Shown here in pieces: positions 32,329 to 41,008 of a stretch of DNA of 64,000 nucleotides. Under the pieces are notes generated by a model, which saw nothing but the letters and a program-made list of their open reading frames with translations, had not been told where the DNA came from and did not search any database. The translations under genes were made by a program, and so were the position numbers. Within the stretch, counting starts at the first letter, position 1, and the number at the start of each line of letters is the position of its first letter. Source of the stretch: an uncultured Verrucomicrobiota bacterium (GTDB lineage Bacteria; Verrucomicrobiota; Verrucomicrobiia; Limisphaerales; MWDV01); the NCBI GenBank assembly GCA_964634255.1, contig CAZWJC010000008.1, positions 381 to 64,380 on the forward strand. The letters run 5' to 3'.

Positions 32329-33033
32329 CTACTTCAGGGAAGCCAGAATCTGCTCCGCCGTGGCGCTCGGATTGGGTGCGGCGTAGATGGGCCGGCCAAT
32401 GACCAGCCAGCTTGCGCCAGCCTCGATGGCTTCGCGGGGCGTGAGCGTGCGCTTCTGGTCGTCCGCCTTTTCCGCGCCGGTGCGGATGCCCGGGGTGACG
32501 AGCTTCACGTGCGCTGGGAGCATCTGGCGCAGTCCGACAATTTCGAGCGGCGAGCACACCAACCCGCGCAGTCCCGCCTGCACCGCGAGGCCCGCCAATC
32601 GCTCGACATGCCGGCCTACATTCGGCTCGCACCCGATTTCCGCGAGCGCGTTGCTGTCCATGCTGGTCAACACCGTGACGCCGAGGACGAGCGGCGCGTT
32701 GCGGCCGGATTGGGACGCCGTCTGTTCCGCGGCGTGCTGAGCGGCGCGCATCATCTCCGCGCCGCCGCTGGTGTGGATCGTGAGCATCTGCACGTCGAGG
32801 CGCACGGCAGAGGCCACGGCTTTGGCGACGGTGTTCGGGATGTCGTGGAACTTGAGGTCGAGGAAGACCGCGGCGCCGGTGTCGCGCACGCGGCGGACGA
32901 TGTCCGGCCCGGCGGCGGTGAAGAGTTCGCTGCCGATCTTGAAGGCGCCGACGGCGGGGGCGACTTCACCGGCGAGCTTCAGCGCCTGTTCGGCGGTTGG
33001 CACATCCAGGGCGACGATGATGGGATTCTGCAT
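32329..33033 (-). CDS. pyrF: Orotidine-5'-phosphate decarboxylase
   Basis: MQNPIIVALDVPTAEQALKLA...AFKIGSELFTAAGPDIV...VFLDLKFHDIPNTV...LTIHTSGG...VIGRPIY shows the canonical PyrF motifs (DxKxxD, the catalytic Lys context). Confidence 0.9.
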   Translation of the reverse strand: MQNPIIVALDVPTAEQALKLAGEVAPAVGAFKIGSELFTAAGPDIVRRVRDTGAAVFLDLKFHDIPNTVAKAVASAVRLDVQMLTIHTSGGAEMMRAAQHAAEQTASQSGRNAPLVLGVTVLTSMDSNALAEIGCEPNVGRHVERLAGLAVQAGLRGLVCSPLEIVGLRQMLPAHVKLVTPGIRTGAEKADDQKRTLTPREAIEAGASWLVIGRPIYAAPNPSATAEQILASLK

Positions 33034-33117
33034 CGTGCCGAATATCGAAGCCGGCAGTCCGGAACGAAAGCCAAAAATGGCAATCCGTCGGAAAGAAGAC
33101 AGTCTAGCTGACCAGAG

Positions 33118-35778
33118 TCAAGGCAGCGGCACCGCGCGCACCCGGAAGAAGCTCTGCGGCGCGTTGGTGTACGGGCCAAACCATTCGGTTTCTGGGAAAC
33201 GTCCCGGCACATTTGTCACCAAGGTGAGCGAGGCGACGTTGGTGCCGGCGAAGATGTCGTACGCATGATTCTCGTTGCCCGGCCAGCTCAACCGCGCCAG
33301 GGCGGTGTTCCATCGGGACAGGTCCAACACGAGCTTGGTATCGTCTACGGTCGGGTCGGTCATCAGGAGCTGTTCCGCGGCGTTGCTATAGCCATCGCCA
33401 TCTGGATCATCGCCGGGCGAGAGTGCCGCGAGGCAATCAACGTGGTTGATTTCCCAGTAATCATCCAGCCCATCGCCATCCCGGTCATGGATGGGCACCC
33501 CGTGCAGAATCAGGCTGACCTGGGTCACGGCACCGGTGTTGCCAATGAACTCGTCGCTGAAGGAGACGATCCAATCACCCGGTGTGCCTTCGAAGAAATG
33601 GTGCGTCGAGTAATACGTCCAATCTACTGGCCCGGGCGACGTGTCGGAGTTCAGGCGCTGGAGAACGCTCCGGGTGCCTGCGGGCGAATCCAGTGTGATC
33701 CGCACGTCGCTGCGCATGGGATGGTCGCTCAACACGCGTACGCCGACGTGTTCGCAGCGGAGCGTGTTGGTGACGTGGAATACGTAGCTGGTCGAGTTGA
33801 GACTCACTTGGGCCCGCACCGCGTCGTTCGTTTGCAGTAATGCGCGTAACGCCATGCCAGTGCTGTAGGTGATGAAACCCGAAGGCAACGGGGTGAAGTC
33901 CGTTCCAACCATCGGGGCGAACTGGTCGCCACCGGGGGTGCCGATACCGCTGCTGTTGGTCGCGAAATTATGCATGAAGGCAAACGCCGCCCCCCTGTGC
34001 GCTACGTTTTGGAGCGGGCCCGCGTAATCATTCCCGCTGCGCTCGATCAACACACCTTTGTTTGTCAGGTCGAGCGTGATCGGGTTGGTGGCGGGACCGA
34101 CGAAAACAAGGGGCAACTCGGAGGTTGGAGATTCGGCGTTCGGTCCGAGGCTGGGCAGCGCCAGGATGGAGGCGAGTTGGGGCGGCACGTTGGTGCCGGT
34201 GACCCGCAGCCGGAAGCCGGCATCCGGAATCGTTGCCGGGTTAGTGGTGGTCAGGGTGACCGTCGTCACGGGCGGGCGGCTCATCCACGCTCGGGCCAGC
34301 CGGACAGCTTCGCCCGCGTCCGGCACCCCAAAACCGTCGTTGTGGCTCACGAGGAAGCCCGCACCATTGGGGTGAAGGTCGGGATCCTCGAAGTCGAAAT
34401 GGCGCGAGGACAGGATCAGGATTTGTTGGACGTCCCGGTAGCTCAGATTCGGGTTCGCCGAGAGGATCAAGGCGACAACGCCTGCGATCTGCGGTGCGGA
34501 GGCTGAGGTGCCGCTGAAACCAAACGAACCCCACACGTAGCCATTCACATCTTCATGGGGCGGAAAGAAGTTGATCTGGTTGACGCCGCGTGTGCCGAGT
34601 AAGTCTGTAGTGAACAATCCATCCAACCCGACGGCGGCGTCTCCGCTGGGGGCAGCCACCAAGATGCAGGCGCCCGGCTCGCTGTAGGTCGTCGTTCGGC
34701 CGCTGATTCGGACGGCGCCCACGGTGATAACACGGGGATCGGCACTGTAGCCGTCATCATTCGCATTGGCCCCCTGCTCCCGATCGTTGCCTGCTGAACG
34801 CACCAGGACCTCGCCCAGTCCGCCCCGGCCTTGCGTCACGGCATTCGATATGCCGATCTCCTCCAGCAAAGTCAGGCCGTTCTGCAAAAGTCCGACGTGT
34901 GCCCAACTGTGATTCTGGACCGCCACGATGTTCGAAGCATACTGGAACATGTCCATCAGCCGCTCGTCGCTGACCAAGGTGGTGTTGGTCTTGTGGATCA
35001 CCCAGCTTGCGACGTTGGCGCTGGGGGCGACGCCGACCATACGCGCGTTGTTCAGTGTCGCTGCCGCAAGACCGGCCACTTCTGTGCCATGTGCCCAAGT
35101 GGCCGTACCGGCGATCGGATTCCCGTTGGTGGTTTGATTGTCAAAGTTGAAGTGCGGTGCTCCGGCCACACGGGCAGCCAATTCGGGATGGGCGAGCTCC
35201 ACCCCCAGATCCGCGATGGCAATGGTCACCCCCTGCCCAGTCGCCAATGGCCACGCAGCACGAACATTGAGGTCCACCCCGGCGCTGTCGCCGTTGTCGT
35301 TGCGATGCTCCAGCGGCCATTCATTCGCGAAAAACGCGTCGGTAGGACGAGCGGCGTAAGGACCGTGCCAGTCCACCGGTTGGTGCAAGACCGGATAGCT
35401 GGCCACCACGCCTGCGAGTCCGGCCAGCCGTTGCGCCTCCCGCGCCGCCGTCCAGGCGTCTGGAGCTTGCAGAATGATAACACCGGGCTGGACCATGCGC
35501 GCCACTTGCAGTTCACGCCCTGCAATCAACTCAGCCAAGGCAACCGCGTCCTCAAGTTGAACTACAACCCGGTCGCCAAACTCGACGACGGCGTTGGTCT
35601 CGCCCACTCGTCGGGCGGTAAGCCATCGGGCTTCGAGACCGTCGAGGGATCGTCTAGTGACCGCTGGTACTGCTTGGTACGTGTTGGCGTGAGGGGTCTT
35701 GAATTGAAATACCTCACTAGCCTGTGAGCCGAACTCCGAGATAACCACCAGCGCAAACACCAAGCTCGCTTGTTTCAT
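33118..35778 (-). CDS. Secreted subtilisin/kexin-like S8 serine protease with proprotein-convertase P-domain and thrombospondin-type-3-like Ca-binding repeats
   Basis: ORF 33118..35814. ATG at 35778 gives MKQASLVFALVVISEFGSQA, a signal peptide. The catalytic triad contexts are VTIAIADLGVE (Asp), WAHGTEVAGLAAA (His) and FSGTSASAPQIAGVVALI (Ser). The P-domain-like segment is VGVRVLSDHPMRSDVRITLDSPAGTRSVL, and DRDGDGLDDYWE and DDPDGDGYSNAAE repeats follow. The tail ends ...SFFRVRAVPLP. Confidence 0.85.
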   Translation of the reverse strand: MKQASLVFALVVISEFGSQASEVFQFKTPHANTYQAVPAVTRRSLDGLEARWLTARRVGETNAVVEFGDRVVVQLEDAVALAELIAGRELQVARMVQPGVIILQAPDAWTAAREAQRLAGLAGVVASYPVLHQPVDWHGPYAARPTDAFFANEWPLEHRNDNGDSAGVDLNVRAAWPLATGQGVTIAIADLGVELAHPELAARVAGAPHFNFDNQTTNGNPIAGTATWAHGTEVAGLAAATLNNARMVGVAPSANVASWVIHKTNTTLVSDERLMDMFQYASNIVAVQNHSWAHVGLLQNGLTLLEEIGISNAVTQGRGGLGEVLVRSAGNDREQGANANDDGYSADPRVITVGAVRISGRTTTYSEPGACILVAAPSGDAAVGLDGLFTTDLLGTRGVNQINFFPPHEDVNGYVWGSFGFSGTSASAPQIAGVVALILSANPNLSYRDVQQILILSSRHFDFEDPDLHPNGAGFLVSHNDGFGVPDAGEAVRLARAWMSRPPVTTVTLTTTNPATIPDAGFRLRVTGTNVPPQLASILALPSLGPNAESPTSELPLVFVGPATNPITLDLTNKGVLIERSGNDYAGPLQNVAHRGAAFAFMHNFATNSSGIGTPGGDQFAPMVGTDFTPLPSGFITYSTGMALRALLQTNDAVRAQVSLNSTSYVFHVTNTLRCEHVGVRVLSDHPMRSDVRITLDSPAGTRSVLQRLNSDTSPGPVDWTYYSTHHFFEGTPGDWIVSFSDEFIGNTGAVTQVSLILHGVPIHDRDGDGLDDYWEINHVDCLAALSPGDDPDGDGYSNAAEQLLMTDPTVDDTKLVLDLSRWNTALARLSWPGNENHAYDIFAGTNVASLTLVTNVPGRFPETEWFGPYTNAPQSFFRVRAVPLP

Positions 35779-35832
35779 TAATCGGCAGGCTACCGGGAAG
35801 TCGGAAAGAAGCAAGCGCCCGCGCCCGTGGCT

Positions 35833-37518
35833 TCACAGTTTTCGCACCTCGGCTGGCTTGCACCAGCGTTGTTTGGTAAACGCCGCAGCGGTGCCGACGG
35901 CGAATAGCGCGAAACTTCCAACGATAGCGACCACCCCCGCGGGTGTAGCTGCCAGCGCCGTGAACAGCATGTTAACGGGAACCAAGATCGCGACGAGCGT
36001 GGCGGCCACCGGGATGACGAGCGGCAATCGCTTCTGCCGGACCCACCAGTGTATCCAGCACACTGTCACGACCAGCGTGGCGGTGGCGGGCGGTTGCCAG
36101 AACGGAGCGTCCGACCGCGCCCAGACAAAGGAATGTGCTACCCACCCGATGGCGGTCAAGATGCGTGCAGCGGCGGCCCCTTCGTGTTCGTAATCCCTCC
36201 AGCGCAGACTGTGCAGGAGATAGTAGATCAATCCGCCTTGGACGGCCCAATGCAGCGCCGCATCGGCTGGCCGGGCCCACACCCAAAGCAGCGACGCGGC
36301 AGCAACGGCGCCGAGGATGGCCAGCTTCGGGTCACGCGAGACAGTGGAGCGCAGCACCAGATAGGCGGCGACGGCCAAGACGATCAGATTGAGGCGCGGG
36401 CTGAGGCTGGCTATCGCCGTGCCGGCCCATTCCCCGGGGAAGGTGGCAACCAGCAAGGCCATCGAAACGATAAACAGGTGACCGGCCAATTGGTTCTGAC
36501 GACTGAGCAGCATTTTGAGGGCGAAGCCCGTCACATTAAGGCACATCAACGCGAAGCAAACTCGGTTTCCGTTTGTGTTGGCTGCCAGCAACGCGGCAGC
36601 GATCGGCAGCGCCAGCGTTAGTGCGTGCAACTTGCGAGCACGCTCGGCAACGAAGTCTTCCAGGCGCAGGTGTAACACCCAAGCCAGGACACACAACGCC
36701 GGGGCGAGAAGTTCTCGGCGTAGCGCGAAGTCATAGACGTAGCCGAGCGAGTAGAGATGCACGCCCGTTCCGGCGAGCCACAAGGAAGATAATGCGACGG
36801 GAAACCACCGGCGTTGCACCAGTAGTTTCCCGTCAACGCGCGGGTGAGGCAGCAGGCTCGTCAGCGCGCAAAGCAAAGGCAGCAGCCACAGCCAGCTCAA
36901 CTCATTCACTGCATAGGCCGCCCCGCTGGTCGGCCGGGTTCCCACCTTAAATTCGTGCAGATGGCGGTAAATCACGGGCCAGGCGGCGTTCGTGACCAAC
37001 ACCCCCAGCCCCACAAGCAGAAGGCGCGGCGACGGCGAAAACCCAACCAAAAAACGCCGTGCCGCGCCCATCCGCATCCCCACCAACACCACCGTCAGCC
37101 CACAAAAAATCCAAATCAGCTTCTGCTGAACCAGTGCCGCTTGACTGACCAACATGAACGGCACGAGCACGAACAGGTTTTCCAACACCAGCAACAGCGT
37201 GCTGTCATACCACACCGCCCGCCACGCAAGCACAATGGCCGTTCCGACCAGCAGCAATTCGTAAAGCTGCAGCGCCGAGTAACTGAACACCAGTTGCGCC
37301 AGTTCGGTGCGCAGGAAATCCGGCTCTGCCAACGCACGGTTCATCCCGAACAACAGCAATGCGGCACTGACCAAATAAAACGGGTTGCAGGCCAAGAACC
37401 GCTTCGACCAAATCAACCACGACTGCACCACCACAATTTCCTGCCCGCCCCTGCTGACTGTGCCGACCGCCGGAGTTATCTCCGTCTTGAGAGGACCAGG
37501 TTTTATCTGTTCACTCAT
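35833..37518 (-). CDS. Polytopic integral membrane protein (hypothetical, many predicted TM helices)
   Basis: ORF 35833..37602 with ATG at 37518 (MSEQIKPGPLK...). The 561-aa product is dominated by hydrophobic helices (e.g. FYLVSAALLLFGM, LLLVGTAIVLAW, LLLVLENLFVLVPFMLV, WIFCGLTVVLVGM...). No family recognised. It is co-directional with the S8 protease gene and 54 bp upstream of it. Confidence 0.65.
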   Translation of the reverse strand: MSEQIKPGPLKTEITPAVGTVSRGGQEIVVVQSWLIWSKRFLACNPFYLVSAALLLFGMNRALAEPDFLRTELAQLVFSYSALQLYELLLVGTAIVLAWRAVWYDSTLLLVLENLFVLVPFMLVSQAALVQQKLIWIFCGLTVVLVGMRMGAARRFLVGFSPSPRLLLVGLGVLVTNAAWPVIYRHLHEFKVGTRPTSGAAYAVNELSWLWLLPLLCALTSLLPHPRVDGKLLVQRRWFPVALSSLWLAGTGVHLYSLGYVYDFALRRELLAPALCVLAWVLHLRLEDFVAERARKLHALTLALPIAAALLAANTNGNRVCFALMCLNVTGFALKMLLSRQNQLAGHLFIVSMALLVATFPGEWAGTAIASLSPRLNLIVLAVAAYLVLRSTVSRDPKLAILGAVAAASLLWVWARPADAALHWAVQGGLIYYLLHSLRWRDYEHEGAAAARILTAIGWVAHSFVWARSDAPFWQPPATATLVVTVCWIHWWVRQKRLPLVIPVAATLVAILVPVNMLFTALAATPAGVVAIVGSFALFAVGTAAAFTKQRWCKPAEVRKL

Positions 37519-37878
37519 ACTGCCTCCGCGGTCGAGTCTCACGTCATCGGCGACTCCGCGAGTCGCACACTGTTCTTCAGCATCACGTGGGCCAGCGGCC
37601 AATCGTCATGGTAAATCATGGTTTTGGCTGAAAACTGTGGAGTCGGTTCAAGACGGTTCACGAAAAACCGCCTGTCCTGCGGGAAATTTTCACGCCTTTT
37701 GCGTGATTCTCACGCGCCAAGCCGCCTCCCGTGAGTGTGACTGGCGTGCCGCCGTCAGGTCGGCCTCACTGGTTCTTGCGTCACCATAGAAGTCGGTTCT
37801 GCGGACTGGCGCTTGGCAACGCGCGGTTCGCCGACTGCCGGTTTTGACTTTGTACGAGGCTTCTCCTAGCCTCCCGAT

Positions 37879-39168
37879 ATGAGAGTGATTCGATTCACCG
37901 ACCGCGACTTTGCCGTGAAGCTCCGTGAAGTGACCGCGCCGTCCAGCCTGTTCGATCCGGTCATCGAACAGCGCACGCGAGTGATTCTGGACGCGGTTCA
38001 AGCGCGCGGAGATGACGCCGTGCTGGAATTCACGGAGAAGTTCGACGGCGCGAAACTCGCGGCCGACCAACTCTCGGTCACGCAGGCCGAACTCATGGCG
38101 GCGTCGCTCAAAGCCGACGAACCGCTCCGGGCCGCCGTGGCGGAGGCTGAGGCGAACATCGCCCGGTTCGCCCGCAAATCCCGCCGGAAAAACTGGCAGA
38201 CCAGAAACTCCCATGGCGCGACGGTCGGCGAGAAGTTTGACGCCTTCGAGCGCATCGGCGTTTACATTCCCGGCGGCAAGGCGCCGCTGGTTTCAACGGC
38301 GCTCATGACCATCACGCTGGCCAAGGTCGCCGGGTGCAAGGAGATTGTCGTTACGACCCCGTGTGGCAAGGACGGCTCGATCAATCCCGCGTTGCTGTTC
38401 GCGGCGCGGGCAGCGGGGGCGACGGAGATTTATCGCGTGGGCGGGGCGCAGGCTATTGCTGCCATGGCCTATGGCACGGGCACGATTCGCCGCGTACAGA
38501 AGATTTTCGGGCCGGGCAACGCCTATGTCGTCACGGCCAAACGGCTGCTCGTGGGTTATGTGGCCATCGACCTCCTGCCGGGGCCGAGCGAATTGCTGGT
38601 TCTGGCCGACGACACGGCTAACCCGGTCTACGTAGCGGCAGACTTGTTGGCACAGGCCGAACACGGTTCCGGACACGAGCGCGTCTGGCTGGTCACCACG
38701 TCCGCCAGACTGCTGAAGGCTGTGGAGACAGCTGTCGCAAAGCAATTGCCCAAGCTGGCGCGGCGCGAGTTCGTCAAAGGCGTTCTCGACGACAACGCCT
38801 GGCTCATCCAGACGGCTTCGCTTGACGACGGAGTGGCGCTCGCCAACCAGCTTGCCCCGGAGCATTGCGAGGTGATGACCCGTCGCGCGAGGGAAGTCAG
38901 CCGCGGCATCCTGACGGCGGGGGCGATCTTCCTGGGACCGTGGTCGCCGACCGTTTTGGGCGATTATGTGGCGGGGCCGAGCCACACTTTGCCCACGGGC
39001 GGCGCGGGCGTATCCTTCGCCGGGTTGACCGTGGACCAGTTCCAGCGCCGGACCAGTGTGGTGGAATACACGCGCGCCTCGCTTCGCAAAGCACTGCCGG
39101 CCGTGAAGCAATTTGCCGAGGTAGAGGGGTTGGAGGCACACGGAAAGAGCGCCGCCGTTCGGCTTTGA
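37879..39168 (+). CDS. hisD: Histidinol dehydrogenase
   Basis: The 429-aa product shows the canonical HisD pattern: ...AVLEFTEKFDG...VGVYIPGGKAPLVSTALM...IFGPGNAYV...GPSELLVLAD...AQAEHG...APEHCE...FLGPWSP...GDY.AGPSHTLPT.G. Confidence 0.92.
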   Translation: MRVIRFTDRDFAVKLREVTAPSSLFDPVIEQRTRVILDAVQARGDDAVLEFTEKFDGAKLAADQLSVTQAELMAASLKADEPLRAAVAEAEANIARFARKSRRKNWQTRNSHGATVGEKFDAFERIGVYIPGGKAPLVSTALMTITLAKVAGCKEIVVTTPCGKDGSINPALLFAARAAGATEIYRVGGAQAIAAMAYGTGTIRRVQKIFGPGNAYVVTAKRLLVGYVAIDLLPGPSELLVLADDTANPVYVAADLLAQAEHGSGHERVWLVTTSARLLKAVETAVAKQLPKLARREFVKGVLDDNAWLIQTASLDDGVALANQLAPEHCEVMTRRAREVSRGILTAGAIFLGPWSPTVLGDYVAGPSHTLPTGGAGVSFAGLTVDQFQRRTSVVEYTRASLRKALPAVKQFAEVEGLEAHGKSAAVRL

Positions 39169-39272
39169 CCATGCCCGGCGGACTCTGAGTTGCCACCTGC
39201 CGGCGCCGTCGCTTCGGCAAAGAATTTCATTTCCAAGCCCTGCCCAGACGCCAGAATAGGCGCGATTACTTT

Positions 39273-39767
39273 ATGACGCTGAATGATGCCCAACGACAGC
39301 AGGTCGCCGCGTGGATTGCCGCGGGCGCCAAACTGTCCGAAATCCAGAGCCGTCTCGCGACCGAGTTCGGCCTCCGCCTGACTTACATGGACGTCCGCTT
39401 CCTCGTGGATGACCTCAAGCTCACGCCCAAGGACGCCGAACCGCCCAAGCCGGCGGCACCGGTTGCCGTGCCACCGACCGCGTCGGCCAAACCGCCGGTT
39501 GAGAGCGAGGCCGACACGGAACTCCTGCCGGCTGAGCCTCCTCCCGGCTTGGGGGGTGTCTCGGTGATGGTGGACAAGATTGCGCGGCCGGGCGCGATTG
39601 TCAGCGGCAAGGTGACGTTTAGCGATGCCCAGCAAGCCGACTGGTATTTGGATCAGACTGGTCGCCTTGGCGTTGTTCCGAAGCAACAGGGTTACAAACC
39701 CTCCCCTATGGATGTGCAGGAGTTTCAGATGGCCCTCCAGGAGGAGTTGGCCAAGATGGGATTCTAG
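39273..39767 (+). CDS. Hypothetical protein (164 aa; N-terminal HTH-like segment, Pro/Ala linker, C-terminal globular part)
   Basis: Clean ORF in the expected strand context: MTLNDAQRQQVAAWIAAGAKLSEIQSRLATEFGLRLTYMDVRFLV.... No family recognised. Confidence 0.55.
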   Translation: MTLNDAQRQQVAAWIAAGAKLSEIQSRLATEFGLRLTYMDVRFLVDDLKLTPKDAEPPKPAAPVAVPPTASAKPPVESEADTELLPAEPPPGLGGVSVMVDKIARPGAIVSGKVTFSDAQQADWYLDQTGRLGVVPKQQGYKPSPMDVQEFQMALQEELAKMGF

Positions 39768-39785
39768 ACTCAACCAGCCTCTGCC

Positions 39786-40838
39786 ATGCTCCGCCGCGCT
39801 TGGATTCAATTGCTGCCAGTCGCGCTCGCGTTACTGGCTGGATGCAGCACGCCCCGTCCCGACGATCCCCGCTTTGTTCAGACCGGCGAATCGGTTGTGC
39901 TGGTCGGGGAGCGGCCGGGCCGTCTCGCCTTCTCACCGGAGCCGCCGTGGCCGATCGTTGTCCGCAGCACGTATCTACCCGGCTTGCCGGAAACCGTCAA
40001 TTACCAGCCGGGCCGGGATTTCGTGGTGGACGATTCGGGCTACATCTGGCGCACGCCCACTTCGCGGATCCCGGATTTCCAAACGAACATGCTGTATGGC
40101 AAGGAGGACTTCGATCACAGCCAGTTTCCGGGCTTCGGCAACGGCCGGTTCTTCGCCTACGTGGATTACACGCACCGCGGTAAATTCCAGCCCAAGCTGG
40201 CGAAACGGGAGTTTAGTGCAGCCATGTTGCCTGGAACGCAGGCCAAACTCCGTGCTGGCGAGGCGCTCCGCATCGTGGCCTACGGCGACAGCATCACGGC
40301 GGGCGGCGACGCTTCCGCGCCCAAGCTGATCTTCTGGGAACGCTGGGCCGACGCCCTTCGCCAGAAGTATCCACGCGCCACGATCACCACGACCAACGGC
40401 GCCACGGGTGGTGACGCCACCGTGCAGGGTCTAGCCCGGCTTTCGGAAAAGGTGATCGCACAGAAGCCCGATCTTGTGCTGATTGGCTTTGGCATGAACG
40501 ATCACAACCGAAACTGCGTGGCGGTCCCGGTTTTCATGGAGAATCTCCGTAAGCTGGTGGATCGTGTGCGGGCAGAATCCGGTGCGGAGGTCGTGTTGTT
40601 TTCCGCCTTCCCGCCGAACCCGAAATGGCACTTCGGCTCGCACAACATGGCCGCCTACGCCGCGGCCACGGAAACCGTCGCCCGCGAGAAGGTTTGTGCT
40701 TTTGCCGACGTTTACAGTCTCTGGCTGAAACTCAACCAACGGAAGCAGCCCGAGGACGTCCTTGGCAACAACATCAACCACCCGAACGACTACGGGCACT
40801 GGATTTACCTCCAAGCGTTTCAAGGGCTTGGGCTCTAG
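39786..40838 (+). CDS. SGNH/GDSL-family hydrolase lipoprotein
   Basis: The lipobox is LLPVALALLAGCS and block I is RIVAYGDSITAGG. LIGFGMNDH (block III-like) and a C-terminal HPNDYGH (block V D-x-x-H) are also present. Confidence 0.8.
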   Translation: MLRRAWIQLLPVALALLAGCSTPRPDDPRFVQTGESVVLVGERPGRLAFSPEPPWPIVVRSTYLPGLPETVNYQPGRDFVVDDSGYIWRTPTSRIPDFQTNMLYGKEDFDHSQFPGFGNGRFFAYVDYTHRGKFQPKLAKREFSAAMLPGTQAKLRAGEALRIVAYGDSITAGGDASAPKLIFWERWADALRQKYPRATITTTNGATGGDATVQGLARLSEKVIAQKPDLVLIGFGMNDHNRNCVAVPVFMENLRKLVDRVRAESGAEVVLFSAFPPNPKWHFGSHNMAAYAAATETVAREKVCAFADVYSLWLKLNQRKQPEDVLGNNINHPNDYGHWIYLQAFQGLGL

Positions 40839-41008
40839 CCTCTAGTTGTGGGATGCTGAGAAGGCTCGCGCCGGAGGTGTCCTCGGCGTGTCGCAACGGG
40901 TCGGCCACGCCGGTGAATCTGGCTTGGCTTCCCAGTTCTCTGGCGGAATATTTGCGAACTTCAGGCTTGCTTCTGTTACCCCGCCCTGTCGAAATTACCC
41001 AGAGATTT

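Noticed and set aside
40625-41008. 5' extension of the RCC1/vWA ORF (start at 40625 or 40853)
   Set aside because: The extension overlaps the 3' end of the SGNH hydrolase gene in another frame and encodes an Arg-rich peptide. A hydrophobic signal-like segment follows ATG 41009.
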